Assembly: GCA_007695015.1 (NCBI GenBank)
Contig: REEN01000060.1
Location: 294-64,293 of the forward strand
Reading direction: 5' to 3'
Length of the DNA: 64,000 bases
Source: Marinilabiliales bacterium
GTDB taxonomy: Bacteria; Bacteroidota; Bacteroidia; Bacteroidales; PUMT01
Made by a program: the position numbers and the translations under genes. Numbering within the stretch: position 1 is the first letter of the stretch; every line of letters begins with the position of its first letter. Below the pieces are notes generated by a model. That model ran no database searches and was not told the origin of the DNA. It saw only the letters and a program-made list of their open reading frames with translations. This document shows positions 36,698 through 45,356 of this stretch, piece by piece.

Positions 36698-38089
36698 CTA
36701 ATGGCGGTTACTGTTTTCCCCCATATTTTCCAGCCATAGGGGAGCTTTTGCAACCATCTCCCTGAGAGAGGAGAATGGGCTGGTGAAGAACCGGCCAGGG
36801 CGTGATATCTCTTCCATCATTGCAGGCAGTGCTCCAAACGCCAGGGAGATTGCCATATATAGTTGCCTGAACCCTTTCCTGACCAGGAAGGCTGTTATCA
36901 GCGGGTTCCTCAGCTCGGTGCTGAGAGCTGAAAAGCCTGTCACAACCAGGATAGCCCTTATGTTCATGTCGATGCCGTTGAGCACACCTGCCCAGTTCAT
37001 TGTGGCACTCTCCCGGTCGAAGCCGTCCAGAAACACCGAGGCCAGCAGGATTATCACCAGAAGCTGGAACCAGAACAGGGGCTTTTTGAATCTTTTGATG
37101 ATGGTTTTGTACCTGAGCAGGCAGAAGATGCTGTAGGCTGCAATCAGCGGGTAGGCCACCGTACGGTGCGAGAAATTCACCAGTAGAAGTCCCCCCGGTA
37201 TCGCAACCGTGTGGAGTATGAAAAGGGGAAGGGAAAACCTGGTTGACGAAGGAGTGAATATAGCCGGTGGGGCATCCCGCCGGAGCTTTGCCGGGTTGGC
37301 CGGAGGAGGGATTGCCTTGCACTGGCTGACCGGTAACGGGACTGTATGGTGTGCCGGTTCGGGTTGAGCTGTTCCTGGACCTGCCGGTTCGTCATGAGCT
37401 GTTCGGGGATTTACCGGTTCGGGTTGAGCTGTTCCGGGTTGCTTCATTCCGGCCTGAGCTGTTCCGGGGTGTTTCGCTTGTGCTGCACCGGCTGCCCGGC
37501 GTCCGACAAAGTACCCTGCCAGTGCGGCGAGGGCCCCGAAAAGGAGATAAAAAACTCCTACGGCTGTGATCAGTTGCCAGGGGTTTGCCTCCTGGATATT
37601 GACCTGACGCGAGGCGAAATGGAAAAGGTTGAGATAGATGGTGAGAATGTTCAGGCCATAAAGGAGCAAAAGGCTGAAGAGCTTATGTAGCAGTGCGCTG
37701 AAAAGTGCAAGTGCTCCTGCCGCCATATAACCGGCAATGTTTTTCCCGATAAGGGCAATTCCCGCCTCCAGCAGGAGCGCTTCCAGCATGATGCCCGTCA
37801 TCGGGCCCAGTATCACTGCGCTGGGAGACAGCGACTTCATGAGAGCACAGATGAGTCCCGCCCTCCATATCAGTCCCCGCTCCGGCCATACCTGGTAGAA
37901 GGCAATCATCAGTACTATACCGAACGATGCGAGTATGGACCCGGCCATGGGAACACGCATGTTGTGCAGGAAGCTGCCCAGGATGATCTCAACCGATGCC
38001 CAAAGTCCCCCGCTTACAGCGGCTTTGAGCCATATCCCCTCAATCGGGATCCCTGTAACTGATGTCTGCCTTGCTTCAGCCTTTGCCAT
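36698..38089 (-). CDS. Two-lobed polytopic membrane protein with a central Pro/Thr/Gln-rich repeat linker; C-terminal lobe CbiQ/EcfT-like (tentative)
   Basis: 463 aa. The N-lobe has ~5 TM helices (aa 20-195) and the linker spans aa ~200-283. The C-lobe 'RNPLITAFLVRKGFRQLYMAISLAFGALPAMMEEI' resembles the CbiQ/EcfT pattern '..LG.P..L.F.L.LA.RFIP.L.EE'. Overlaps the upstream NTPase gene by 14 nt. Confidence 0.55.
   Translation of the reverse strand: MAKAEARQTSVTGIPIEGIWLKAAVSGGLWASVEIILGSFLHNMRVPMAGSILASFGIVLMIAFYQVWPERGLIWRAGLICALMKSLSPSAVILGPMTGIMLEALLLEAGIALIGKNIAGYMAAGALALFSALLHKLFSLLLLYGLNILTIYLNLFHFASRQVNIQEANPWQLITAVGVFYLLFGALAALAGYFVGRRAAGAAQAKHPGTAQAGMKQPGTAQPEPVNPRTAHDEPAGPGTAQPEPAHHTVPLPVSQCKAIPPPANPAKLRRDAPPAIFTPSSTRFSLPLFILHTVAIPGGLLLVNFSHRTVAYPLIAAYSIFCLLRYKTIIKRFKKPLFWFQLLVIILLASVFLDGFDRESATMNWAGVLNGIDMNIRAILVVTGFSALSTELRNPLITAFLVRKGFRQLYMAISLAFGALPAMMEEISRPGRFFTSPFSSLREMVAKAPLWLENMGENSNRH
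37346..37477. repeat. In-frame ~30-bp (10-aa) degenerate tandem repeats inside the membrane-protein gene
   Basis: The DNA units ccggttcgggttgagctgttcc... recur about 4 times. They encode 'KHPGTAQAGM KQPGTAQPEPVN PRTAHDEPAG PGTAQPEPAHH' on the minus strand. Confidence 0.8.
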
Positions 38090-38777
38090 AACCGCCGGTT
38101 GGTTTTAAATTACTGATAACTGCTTCGGCAGCCTTCACAGGGGTGACATGATCAATATCAAAAATGCCGGCCGGCGCCAGGTCCCAGTGCTTTATTACTG
38201 AGGTCAGGTTTTTGCGCGAGGTTACAAGCACGGTGATGCCGGTGTGACTGTCGAGCAGGCTGCTGAGAGCTTCAGCCCATATTTTTCCTTCCATTTCGGC
38301 TGCTCCCACCTCATCAAGGAATATGACATCGCATTTCTCTGTTACAGCCTTGCGGATTATTGTATGGCCTTTCCGGATGGCTTCGGGATTGAATGCGAAG
38401 CTGCCGGCAGTTACTTGGTTGCCAGTACTTGAAGAGGCGTTGCCGTCTGTCGGGAGAGTGTTGATGCTGCCGTCGGCCGGCCCGGTGCCGGTACGTGAGG
38501 ATGTGGTGCCTTCAGTCGGAGGAATGTTGATGCTGCCGTCGGCCGGCCCGGTGCCGGTACGTGAGGATGTGGTCCTGGTTGCCAGATGCATGATGATGCT
38601 GCCGTCAGGATGTGCCAGGCTGAAGCCGGAACGAATTCCGCCTTCCACGCTGCCTGGGGCAATAAATCCGCCAGTTTTGCAATTCCTGCCGTCAAGGATT
38701 TTTGCAAGTGCGGAGGCGAAGCTGCTCTTTCCCCCGCCTTTGCTACCTGTAATCAGGAAAATCCGGGGCCCGGCCAT
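38076..38777 (-). CDS. P-loop NTPase, THEP1/NTPase_1-like, with an inserted 2 x 22-aa repeat
   Basis: ATG at 38777 gives 'MAGPRIFLITGSKGGGKSSFA' (Walker A). Walker B-like 'VIFLDEVGAAEMEG'. The track ORF begins at a TTG at 38795. Confidence 0.6.
   Translation of the reverse strand: MAGPRIFLITGSKGGGKSSFASALAKILDGRNCKTGGFIAPGSVEGGIRSGFSLAHPDGSIIMHLATRTTSSRTGTGPADGSINIPPTEGTTSSRTGTGPADGSINTLPTDGNASSSTGNQVTAGSFAFNPEAIRKGHTIIRKAVTEKCDVIFLDEVGAAEMEGKIWAEALSSLLDSHTGITVLVTSRKNLTSVIKHWDLAPAGIFDIDHVTPVKAAEAVISNLKPTGGYGKG
38442..38573. repeat. In-frame 66-bp x 2 tandem repeat inside the NTPase gene
   Basis: The DNA unit 'gttgatgctgccgtcggccggcccggtgccggtacgtgaggatgtggtgccttcagtcggaggaat' occurs twice. 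It encodes TTSSRTGTGPADGSINIPPTEG / TTSSRTGTGPADGSINTLPTDG. Confidence 0.9.
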
Positions 38778-38781
38778 AGCA

Positions 38782-39540
38782 TCAGATGTCGTCAAGCTTC
38801 TTCAGCTGTTTGACAATCCTGGTGGCAAAGACAAAATCGTTCAGTTTGGAATTATCTGTTTCCAGTATCTCCTCCCTTGTGCCTTCCCACCAGAGGTTGC
38901 CTTCATGAATATAGACCACCTTTTCGCCTATTTCCATCACCGAATTGAGGTCGTGGGTGTTTACCAGGGTGGTCATGTTGAATTCTTTGGTAATTTCGCT
39001 GATAAGCTTGTCGATCATGATGGCAGTCTGCGGATCGAGTCCGCTATTAGGCTCATCACAAAAGAGATACCGGGGGTTCAACACGATGGCACGGGCGATG
39101 GCAACACGTTTCTTCATACCGCCGCTGAGCTCGGAGGGGTAAAGCCGGTTTTTGCCTTCGAGGTTAACCCTGCGGAGGCAGAAATCCACCCTTTCTCTCT
39201 TCTCCTTTGGGGTCATGGTGGTGAACATATCAAGCTTGAAGCGGACGTTCTCTTCCACGTTAAGTGAATCAAAAAGTGCAGCCCCCTGGAAAAGCATCCC
39301 GAACCGCTGCCTGATCTTCTGTTTCTCATTGCGGGTCATTGAGGTGAAGCACTGGCCGCTGTATAAGATGTCGCCGCTGTCTGCCTCCAGGAGTCCGACA
39401 ATGCATTTCAGCAGGACAGTTTTGCCCGAACCGCTCCTGCCGATGATAAGGTTTGTCTTTCCCTGCTCGAAGGAGACAGAGATATCATTGAGCACTTGCT
39501 GGCCGTCGAATGACTTGTTGATATGCCGGACTTCGATCAT
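38782..39540 (-). CDS. ABC transporter ATP-binding protein, MlaF-like
   Basis: 252 aa. Walker A 'GRSGSGKTV', signature 'LSGGMKKRVAIARA', Walker B 'LFCDEPNSGLDP'. Has a 4-bp overlap with the MlaE-like permease gene. Confidence 0.88.
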   Translation of the reverse strand: MIEVRHINKSFDGQQVLNDISVSFEQGKTNLIIGRSGSGKTVLLKCIVGLLEADSGDILYSGQCFTSMTRNEKQKIRQRFGMLFQGAALFDSLNVEENVRFKLDMFTTMTPKEKRERVDFCLRRVNLEGKNRLYPSELSGGMKKRVAIARAIVLNPRYLFCDEPNSGLDPQTAIMIDKLISEITKEFNMTTLVNTHDLNSVMEIGEKVVYIHEGNLWWEGTREEILETDNSKLNDFVFATRIVKQLKKLDDI

Positions 39541-40277
39541 GAGAGAAGAAGCTGGGTGAGAATTAGGTTGAACAACAAAATAACCACGCTGCTGTGAACC
39601 ACGGCAAGGGTGCTGGAGCGACCAACTTCCAGGGCGCCTCCGCGGGTGTAGTAGCCGTGGTAGGAGGAAACGGTGGTGATTATGAATGCGAACACGACCG
39701 ACTTGATTAGCGAATAGGTTATATAGTAGGGGATAAAAACGTACTGAATTCCATATATGTAATCGGGAGTGGTGACGACACCGGCTGCGGTGCCTGCTAT
39801 CCAGCCTCCGAAAATGCCCACGACCATACTGAGCATTGACAGGAACGGAGCCAGGATCATAAGTGCGATTATCTTGGGAAGGATGAGATATGCAGCTGAG
39901 TTGACCCCCATTATCTCGAGTGCATCGATCTGTTCGGTAACCCTCATGGTGCCGATCTCGCTGGCGATGTTGGATCCCACCTTCCCTGCCAGGATAAGTG
40001 CAACTATTGTGCTTGAAAACTCCAGGATGATTGCATCCCTGGCCGCCAGTCCGATCAGGTAGGAGGGAAAGAGCGGGCTCTCCGTATTGTAAGCTGTTTG
40101 TATTGTTATGACCGCCCCCATGAAAAAGGAGATGATCGCTACAATACCAGTGGAGTTGATGCCCAGCAGTTCCATTTCGGCAACCAGCCGCCTGTAGTAT
40201 ACTTTATGGCTTTCAGGCCGGCTGAAAGACCTTTTGACCAGAAGGGTGTACTTCCCGATGTGCTCCAGGAGGTTCAT
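39537..40277 (-). CDS. MlaE-family ABC transporter permease
   Basis: 'MRVTEQIDALEIMGVNSAAYLILPKIIALMILAPFLSMLSMVVGIFGGW' is a typical MlaE/Ttg2B core. The track ORF begins at a GTG at 40304. The ATG at 40277 (MNLLEHIGKY) is preferred. Confidence 0.88.
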   Translation of the reverse strand: MNLLEHIGKYTLLVKRSFSRPESHKVYYRRLVAEMELLGINSTGIVAIISFFMGAVITIQTAYNTESPLFPSYLIGLAARDAIILEFSSTIVALILAGKVGSNIASEIGTMRVTEQIDALEIMGVNSAAYLILPKIIALMILAPFLSMLSMVVGIFGGWIAGTAAGVVTTPDYIYGIQYVFIPYYITYSLIKSVVFAFIITTVSSYHGYYTRGGALEVGRSSTLAVVHSSVVILLFNLILTQLLLS

Positions 40278-40526
40278 GGGCAAGTAAATGAGGGTTGCGG
40301 ACACGGACCCGTTATCGGAAAAATGTACGGGCCACTGAACTTTGCAAAAATAGTATTATTTGGACAATATGCATAATGACTTCCGGCCATCCGGCATGTT
40401 TGACGAAGAACGGCAATATAATTGACCGTTTTAATGCGGTTTTTGCTAATTTTGCCGTACCCTTTAACAGGGTGTCTTTTTTCCGGTCTTGCGGACCGGT
40501 TAAATAGTTGAATTAATCTTTTTGTA

Positions 40527-41618
40527 ATGGATAAAAATCATTATTGTGTTATCATGGCCGGAGGGATCGGTAGCAGATTCTGGCCGTTGAGCAAGATTTC
40601 CAAACCAAAACAGTTTCTTGATATACTGGGAACCGGAAGAACTCTCCTGCAATCAACGTATGACCGTTTCAGGGAAATATTCCTGCCCGAGAATATCATT
40701 ATAGTTACTAATATAAGTTACAGGGATTTTGTGTTCGAGCAGTTGCCTGATATCAAACCCGGGCAGGTGCTTCTCGAGCCTATGCGGAAAAATACCGCAC
40801 CATGTATTGCCTATGCTAATTACAGGATAAGCCGGATGAATCCGGATGCTGTTGTTGTTGTTTCACCTGCCGATCATCTTATTCTAAAACAGGATGTGTT
40901 CCTTGCCGAGATCAGGAAGGCGCTGGAAGCCGCATCTTCGGAGAAGATCCTGCTCACCCTGGGCATCAAGCCAAACAGGCCGGAGACGGGCTATGGCTAT
41001 ATACAGGCTACAATGAAGGATATACCCGGCCGGCCCGGCAATTTCAAAAAGGTAAAGACATTTACCGAGAAGCCCGATATTGAGCTTGCCAGGGTTTTTT
41101 ACGAGAGTGGAGAGTTTTACTGGAACTCGGGCATCTTTATATGGTCGCTCAAAGCTGTTATGGAAGCATTCGCAAAACATCTGCCCGAGATGGATGCCCT
41201 TTTTGCTGCCGATATGAGTGTTTACGGTAAACCTGAAGAGGAGAAATACGTTACTGATATCTATTCGGTATGCACGAATATTTCGGTCGACTATGGCATT
41301 ATGGAGAAGGCTGAGGATGTCTATGTTTTTTACTCTGATTTTGGCTGGTCTGACCTCGGTACCTGGGGATCTCTTTATGAACACTCCGGCCATGATGTAA
41401 ACGGGAACATGCTAAAGGGTAAAAATGTATTTGCCTACGACGTAAGGAATTCAATAATCAATTTTCCCGACGACAAGATCGTTGTGCTGCACGGGCTGGA
41501 TGATTTTATTGTTGTGGAGTCGGGCAATATACTCCTTGTTTGCAGGAAGGAGGATGAGCAGAGGATAAAGCACTTTGTGAATGATGTCAAAATAGAGAAA
41601 GGGGAGGAATACCTGTAG
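40527..41618 (+). CDS. manC: Mannose-1-phosphate guanylyltransferase
   Basis: 363 aa. 'YCVIMAGGIGSRFWPLSK', 'GYGYIQ', 'FTEKPD', 'YWNSGIFIW'. No C-terminal isomerase domain. Confidence 0.88.
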   Translation: MDKNHYCVIMAGGIGSRFWPLSKISKPKQFLDILGTGRTLLQSTYDRFREIFLPENIIIVTNISYRDFVFEQLPDIKPGQVLLEPMRKNTAPCIAYANYRISRMNPDAVVVVSPADHLILKQDVFLAEIRKALEAASSEKILLTLGIKPNRPETGYGYIQATMKDIPGRPGNFKKVKTFTEKPDIELARVFYESGEFYWNSGIFIWSLKAVMEAFAKHLPEMDALFAADMSVYGKPEEEKYVTDIYSVCTNISVDYGIMEKAEDVYVFYSDFGWSDLGTWGSLYEHSGHDVNGNMLKGKNVFAYDVRNSIINFPDDKIVVLHGLDDFIVVESGNILLVCRKEDEQRIKHFVNDVKIEKGEEYL

Positions 41619-41640
41619 CTAAGGCACACGAGTTATAAAA

Positions 41641-41669
41641 AAAAATCCGGGTATAAACCCGGATTTTTT
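41641..41669. terminator. Bidirectional intrinsic terminator between manC and gldN
   Basis: A-run, then stem atccggg (41645-41651), loop tataaa, stem cccggat (41658-41664), then T-run. This gives a U tract on both strands. Confidence 0.75.
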
Positions 41670-41684
41670 ATATGTGGGAATGTC

Positions 41685-42542
41685 CTAGTATTCCCAAAGA
41701 TCCTGTTCAAAATCGAATATCATGTTGTGGATGCGGGCAGCTTCATAAAGAGCGTCCCTTCCCATGGTGTAGTCCTCTATCCTCCTGTTGTCGTAGACAT
41801 TTGATTCCCTGTAGATGAAACCGGAGAAGCGCCTTTGAAGGAACAGGTCGTCGAAGGAGAGGCTGGCCAGGTCGTTGTTCCCGAAAAATACCTCGTGGCG
41901 GGCAAGCAGCTCGCGAATCTCAGGGTAATAGACCCAGAATACATCAGACATGATCTGTTCGTCGGTAAGTTCGCCGTCCTCAGTCCTTCTCTGGAAAACA
42001 CGTATAGGGCAGAGGCCTATTATCCTGGAATCGAAACGGGAATGCTGCCTGTCAAAGTACCATTGTTCCAGGATAAGATATCTGAAAACCTCATCGGTAC
42101 GTACCTCACCCTCGATCTCGACTACTATCTCTTCGCCGGTATCCACATCGACAACTGTCCGGAGCTCATCTTCGGCCCCCAACAACCTTTGAACATCCTC
42201 AAGTTCACGGGGTACCTGGAACTGCTCGTCGGTGTAGGCAGTGATCTCCTCATTTTCTAATCCGGTCATAAGCACGTCTATAAGGCTCATTCGCGGACCG
42301 AAGGGTTCGGTCGGGAAGTACAGCGGGTGGTTAACCTTTTCGCGCAGATCTACCATCCTCCAAATCATCTTAGACCATACCACATCGGCCTCTCTTAGGA
42401 ACGGCAGCGGTACAGGCCTGCGGTAGGGTACATTCTCCTTTTCATAGATGCTTCCGAGAGTCAGGTCCTGGGCGTCGAGCTTAAAGCTTCCCGGCATGAA
42501 AATCCCTGCTCCGATCAATAATACTATAACTAGCTTCTTCAT
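41685..42542 (-). CDS. gldN: Gliding motility / T9SS protein GldN (PorN)
   Basis: 285 aa with a signal peptide. 'NVPYRRPVPLPFLREADVVWSKMIWRMVDLREKVNHPLYFP' is the typical GldN N-terminal signature. Last gene of the porP-gldKLMN string. Confidence 0.9.
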   Translation of the reverse strand: MKKLVIVLLIGAGIFMPGSFKLDAQDLTLGSIYEKENVPYRRPVPLPFLREADVVWSKMIWRMVDLREKVNHPLYFPTEPFGPRMSLIDVLMTGLENEEITAYTDEQFQVPRELEDVQRLLGAEDELRTVVDVDTGEEIVVEIEGEVRTDEVFRYLILEQWYFDRQHSRFDSRIIGLCPIRVFQRRTEDGELTDEQIMSDVFWVYYPEIRELLARHEVFFGNNDLASLSFDDLFLQRRFSGFIYRESNVYDNRRIEDYTMGRDALYEAARIHNMIFDFEQDLWEY

Positions 42543-42575
42543 TGCACTGATTTATCGGTTGTGTTTAATATTCTG

Positions 42576-44198
42576 TTAATCAAGGGTGAAACTGATCGTA
42601 GGCAACGGCCTCTCTTCACCGCCCGGGCCAACGGCCCTGATGCCGTCAAAGAATATCCTTGAGCCCCTTGAAGCTGAACGTATCAGCTCCCTCTGGGCAT
42701 CGGTTATACGGTTACTGGTGGATGGCTCTTCCCTCAGGAAGCCCCCTATTGTTGTTGAGACGGTAAACCTTGTCACCGTGTAGGTGAGGTCAAAGTCGAA
42801 GTCCCTCATCTCGGCCAGCACCCCGGTTTGTGCCAGAAGCACACCACGGGCAATTACACCCCTTTCCTGCCCGGCCACCGTGGCGACCGGCGGGGGAACC
42901 GACCTCACACGGAAGTTCCTTGACCCCATACTCCTGGTCACCCCGTCGATGGTTGCAGTTACGCTCACCTGTGCGGTTCCTGTTCGGGCGGGCACTACAA
43001 CGTATTCGCTTCCGCGGACTCTCCTCAGTGTTCCGTTGTTGATGGATGCCGTTATCTGATCAGCGCCCAGTCCGGGAACCGAGATCTCAACCGGGTTGTC
43101 AATAGCTGTATAGAACACGTTCATTGCTGTTGGCGATACGATAAGATGGGACTCGGCAACGGTATATTCGCTTTCGAACGGCCTGCTGATGAATGACCCG
43201 TCAGGTGCGCGCAGCCGTATTAGTCCCCCCCACCGCTGATCACCCAGTGTGGCCGGCCTGGTGCGGTATATGCCCTTGCCCTGTTCAACAGGAAGGGTGT
43301 CGGCCCGTCCAACGATCTCATAATCGATCGATCCGTCCTCAAGCTCAATCTCCCGGTACTGGCCAACAAGAATTTCCGGGGCCTGGGTGGTATCGAAGGC
43401 TGCAATGAATACGCTTGCCTCAAAATCGTCGCCCCTGAACACGTAGTTGGACCGGGGTATAACTGTGGCTTCAAGAGCGTTGAACATGAATGACCCCGCA
43501 TCCACCTGGTTAAGCAGGTAAGTAATCATGTCGGCCTCGGCATTCCTTACATCGGCCTGCATTTTTGACATGAGGGTAATTGCTGCTATTGTCGGCATAT
43601 AATAGAAGTGGTGTCTTTCCCAGCTCACTGTTGCCCCTTCCCTGGCAGGGGGATCGGATGTGTCAAGGCTTGTTTCAATCGCCTGGATTATGCCTTCATC
43701 TCTCGGGTCGGCTATACCAGTCAGAAATTCCCTGAAACCGGCTATCGAATTCTTGAGTTGCGTGGCCACCATATTACCCTCTGGAAACAGCATTACCTGG
43801 GCCGGGGGATTGGTATTCTCCTTGGCCCTTATATTTGCTCCTATTATCCTGCCGTCATCATCGATTGCATCGGTGTTGGTCCCCTCGGCCCTGAAAACTA
43901 TCTGATGCTTAAGGTCCTGGATCTCACTAAAGAGTGCATCTGCCCTTTCCTTAACCTCGTCAGCCTGCTCTTTCCATGGTCTTACACGCACCGGGTTTTC
44001 AGCCATGCGCCGGGCAAACTCGCGGTATATAGCCTCATTTTGCTGGGTGAAGTTCTCGGTGGTCTTGGTAAGTCCCTCATCAACAACAACAAAGGCATCA
44101 AGGACTTCAACTGATACATTCAGTGCCAGCATTGCCATAAGCACCAGGTACATCATACCTATCAGTTTCTGTCTCGGGGTTTCTTTTCCACCTGCCAT
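42576..44198 (-). CDS. gldM: Gliding motility / T9SS protein GldM (PorM)
   Basis: 540 aa. The hallmark N-terminus 'MAGGKETPRQKLIGMMYLVLMAMLALNVS' is followed by a periplasmic multi-domain region. Confidence 0.93.
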   Translation of the reverse strand: MAGGKETPRQKLIGMMYLVLMAMLALNVSVEVLDAFVVVDEGLTKTTENFTQQNEAIYREFARRMAENPVRVRPWKEQADEVKERADALFSEIQDLKHQIVFRAEGTNTDAIDDDGRIIGANIRAKENTNPPAQVMLFPEGNMVATQLKNSIAGFREFLTGIADPRDEGIIQAIETSLDTSDPPAREGATVSWERHHFYYMPTIAAITLMSKMQADVRNAEADMITYLLNQVDAGSFMFNALEATVIPRSNYVFRGDDFEASVFIAAFDTTQAPEILVGQYREIELEDGSIDYEIVGRADTLPVEQGKGIYRTRPATLGDQRWGGLIRLRAPDGSFISRPFESEYTVAESHLIVSPTAMNVFYTAIDNPVEISVPGLGADQITASINNGTLRRVRGSEYVVVPARTGTAQVSVTATIDGVTRSMGSRNFRVRSVPPPVATVAGQERGVIARGVLLAQTGVLAEMRDFDFDLTYTVTRFTVSTTIGGFLREEPSTSNRITDAQRELIRSASRGSRIFFDGIRAVGPGGEERPLPTISFTLD

Positions 44199-44223
44199 AA
44201 CGGTGATTGTTTAGGGTTTTTGG

Positions 44224-45192
44224 TTACTTTTTTCTGCTCACAACGCTCATTGCCGACAGCATGTTACCGTAAACTGAATTGAGGTCTGCCAGGTTCTGGC
44301 TAAGCTTGCCTATCTCTTCCTTGTATTTTTCAGTCTCCTCTACCGACGACTGCAGGTTGTCGGTTATCTTGCCGAAATCAGTGTAGAGTTTTTGCGAATC
44401 CTTAAGGTGGTCGTTATTATTCTGGAGCTGCAACTCATACACCGCGTTCAGGGCGGACAGGTTCTTGTTTATGGCTCCGAGCTTTTCGCCTATCGTCTTG
44501 TTCCCCTCCATTATTGTTGTGTGCTCGGTATTGATCGACTCTTTCAGCAGGTCATAGGAACTCACGAGCTGGGTTGTTGAGTTCTCGATCAGATCTGAAT
44601 TTTTCTGATAGGCATCTGAAAGGATGTCAACCTTTCCTTTCAGGTTGCGGGAGGAATCGTCGAGAGATTCGGTAAGGGTATTGACCGAAATGGCAGCATT
44701 CTTCACATTCGACACATACTCATTGGTTGCCATCGTGGCATCGGATATGTCCGACAGCTTTGCCGTGGTAGTGTTCAGGTTCTTCAATCCCTGCCCCAGC
44801 CTTTCAAACAGGTCGGGTGTGATCTGGGCGCTCTCCAGCATCTGGTCAAACTTTGCAAGTGCAGCAGTACTTCCGCCGCCACCTCCGGAATAACCTTCAG
44901 CAGCTCTTCCCCTTCTCTGGGGAATAGCATCAAGTTCATCGGGATCTTCGCTCATTCCGGCGAGTTCGGGATAGACAAGGGTCCAGTCCACCTCTTCGTG
45001 CAGTGGCTCGAAAGCTGACAGGAAAAATATCATGGCTTCAGCCCCGAGGCCGACTGTAAGCATTACGCCCGCTCCGGGCCAGTGCTGGATCTTGAAGAGC
45101 GCTCCCAGAATAACCACGGAGGCACCAATACCATACATCTTTGCCATGAAGGCTTTCCATCCCGAGCTGTGAATTAATTCAGAAAATTTCAT
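44224..45192 (-). CDS. gldL: Gliding motility / T9SS protein GldL (PorL)
   Basis: Met at 45192 gives 'MKFSELIHSSGWKAFMAKMYGIGASVVILGALFKIQHWPGAG', the hallmark GldL two-TM N-terminus. The track ORF extends to 45240. Confidence 0.92.
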   Translation of the reverse strand: MKFSELIHSSGWKAFMAKMYGIGASVVILGALFKIQHWPGAGVMLTVGLGAEAMIFFLSAFEPLHEEVDWTLVYPELAGMSEDPDELDAIPQRRGRAAEGYSGGGGGSTAALAKFDQMLESAQITPDLFERLGQGLKNLNTTTAKLSDISDATMATNEYVSNVKNAAISVNTLTESLDDSSRNLKGKVDILSDAYQKNSDLIENSTTQLVSSYDLLKESINTEHTTIMEGNKTIGEKLGAINKNLSALNAVYELQLQNNNDHLKDSQKLYTDFGKITDNLQSSVEETEKYKEEIGKLSQNLADLNSVYGNMLSAMSVVSRKK

Positions 45193-45356
45193 CTGGTTTA
45201 ATTTTAAATTAGTTACTACCACATGTAACTTGCCATGCAATTATTAAAAATTTTTTGGAAACTGTTACATGGCTCATTTTATCAACTTGGATCTTTATGT
45301 TTTATTATCAGGGTACCTACAAAAATAATATTTATTATGTCAGTTTCCCGGACCTT

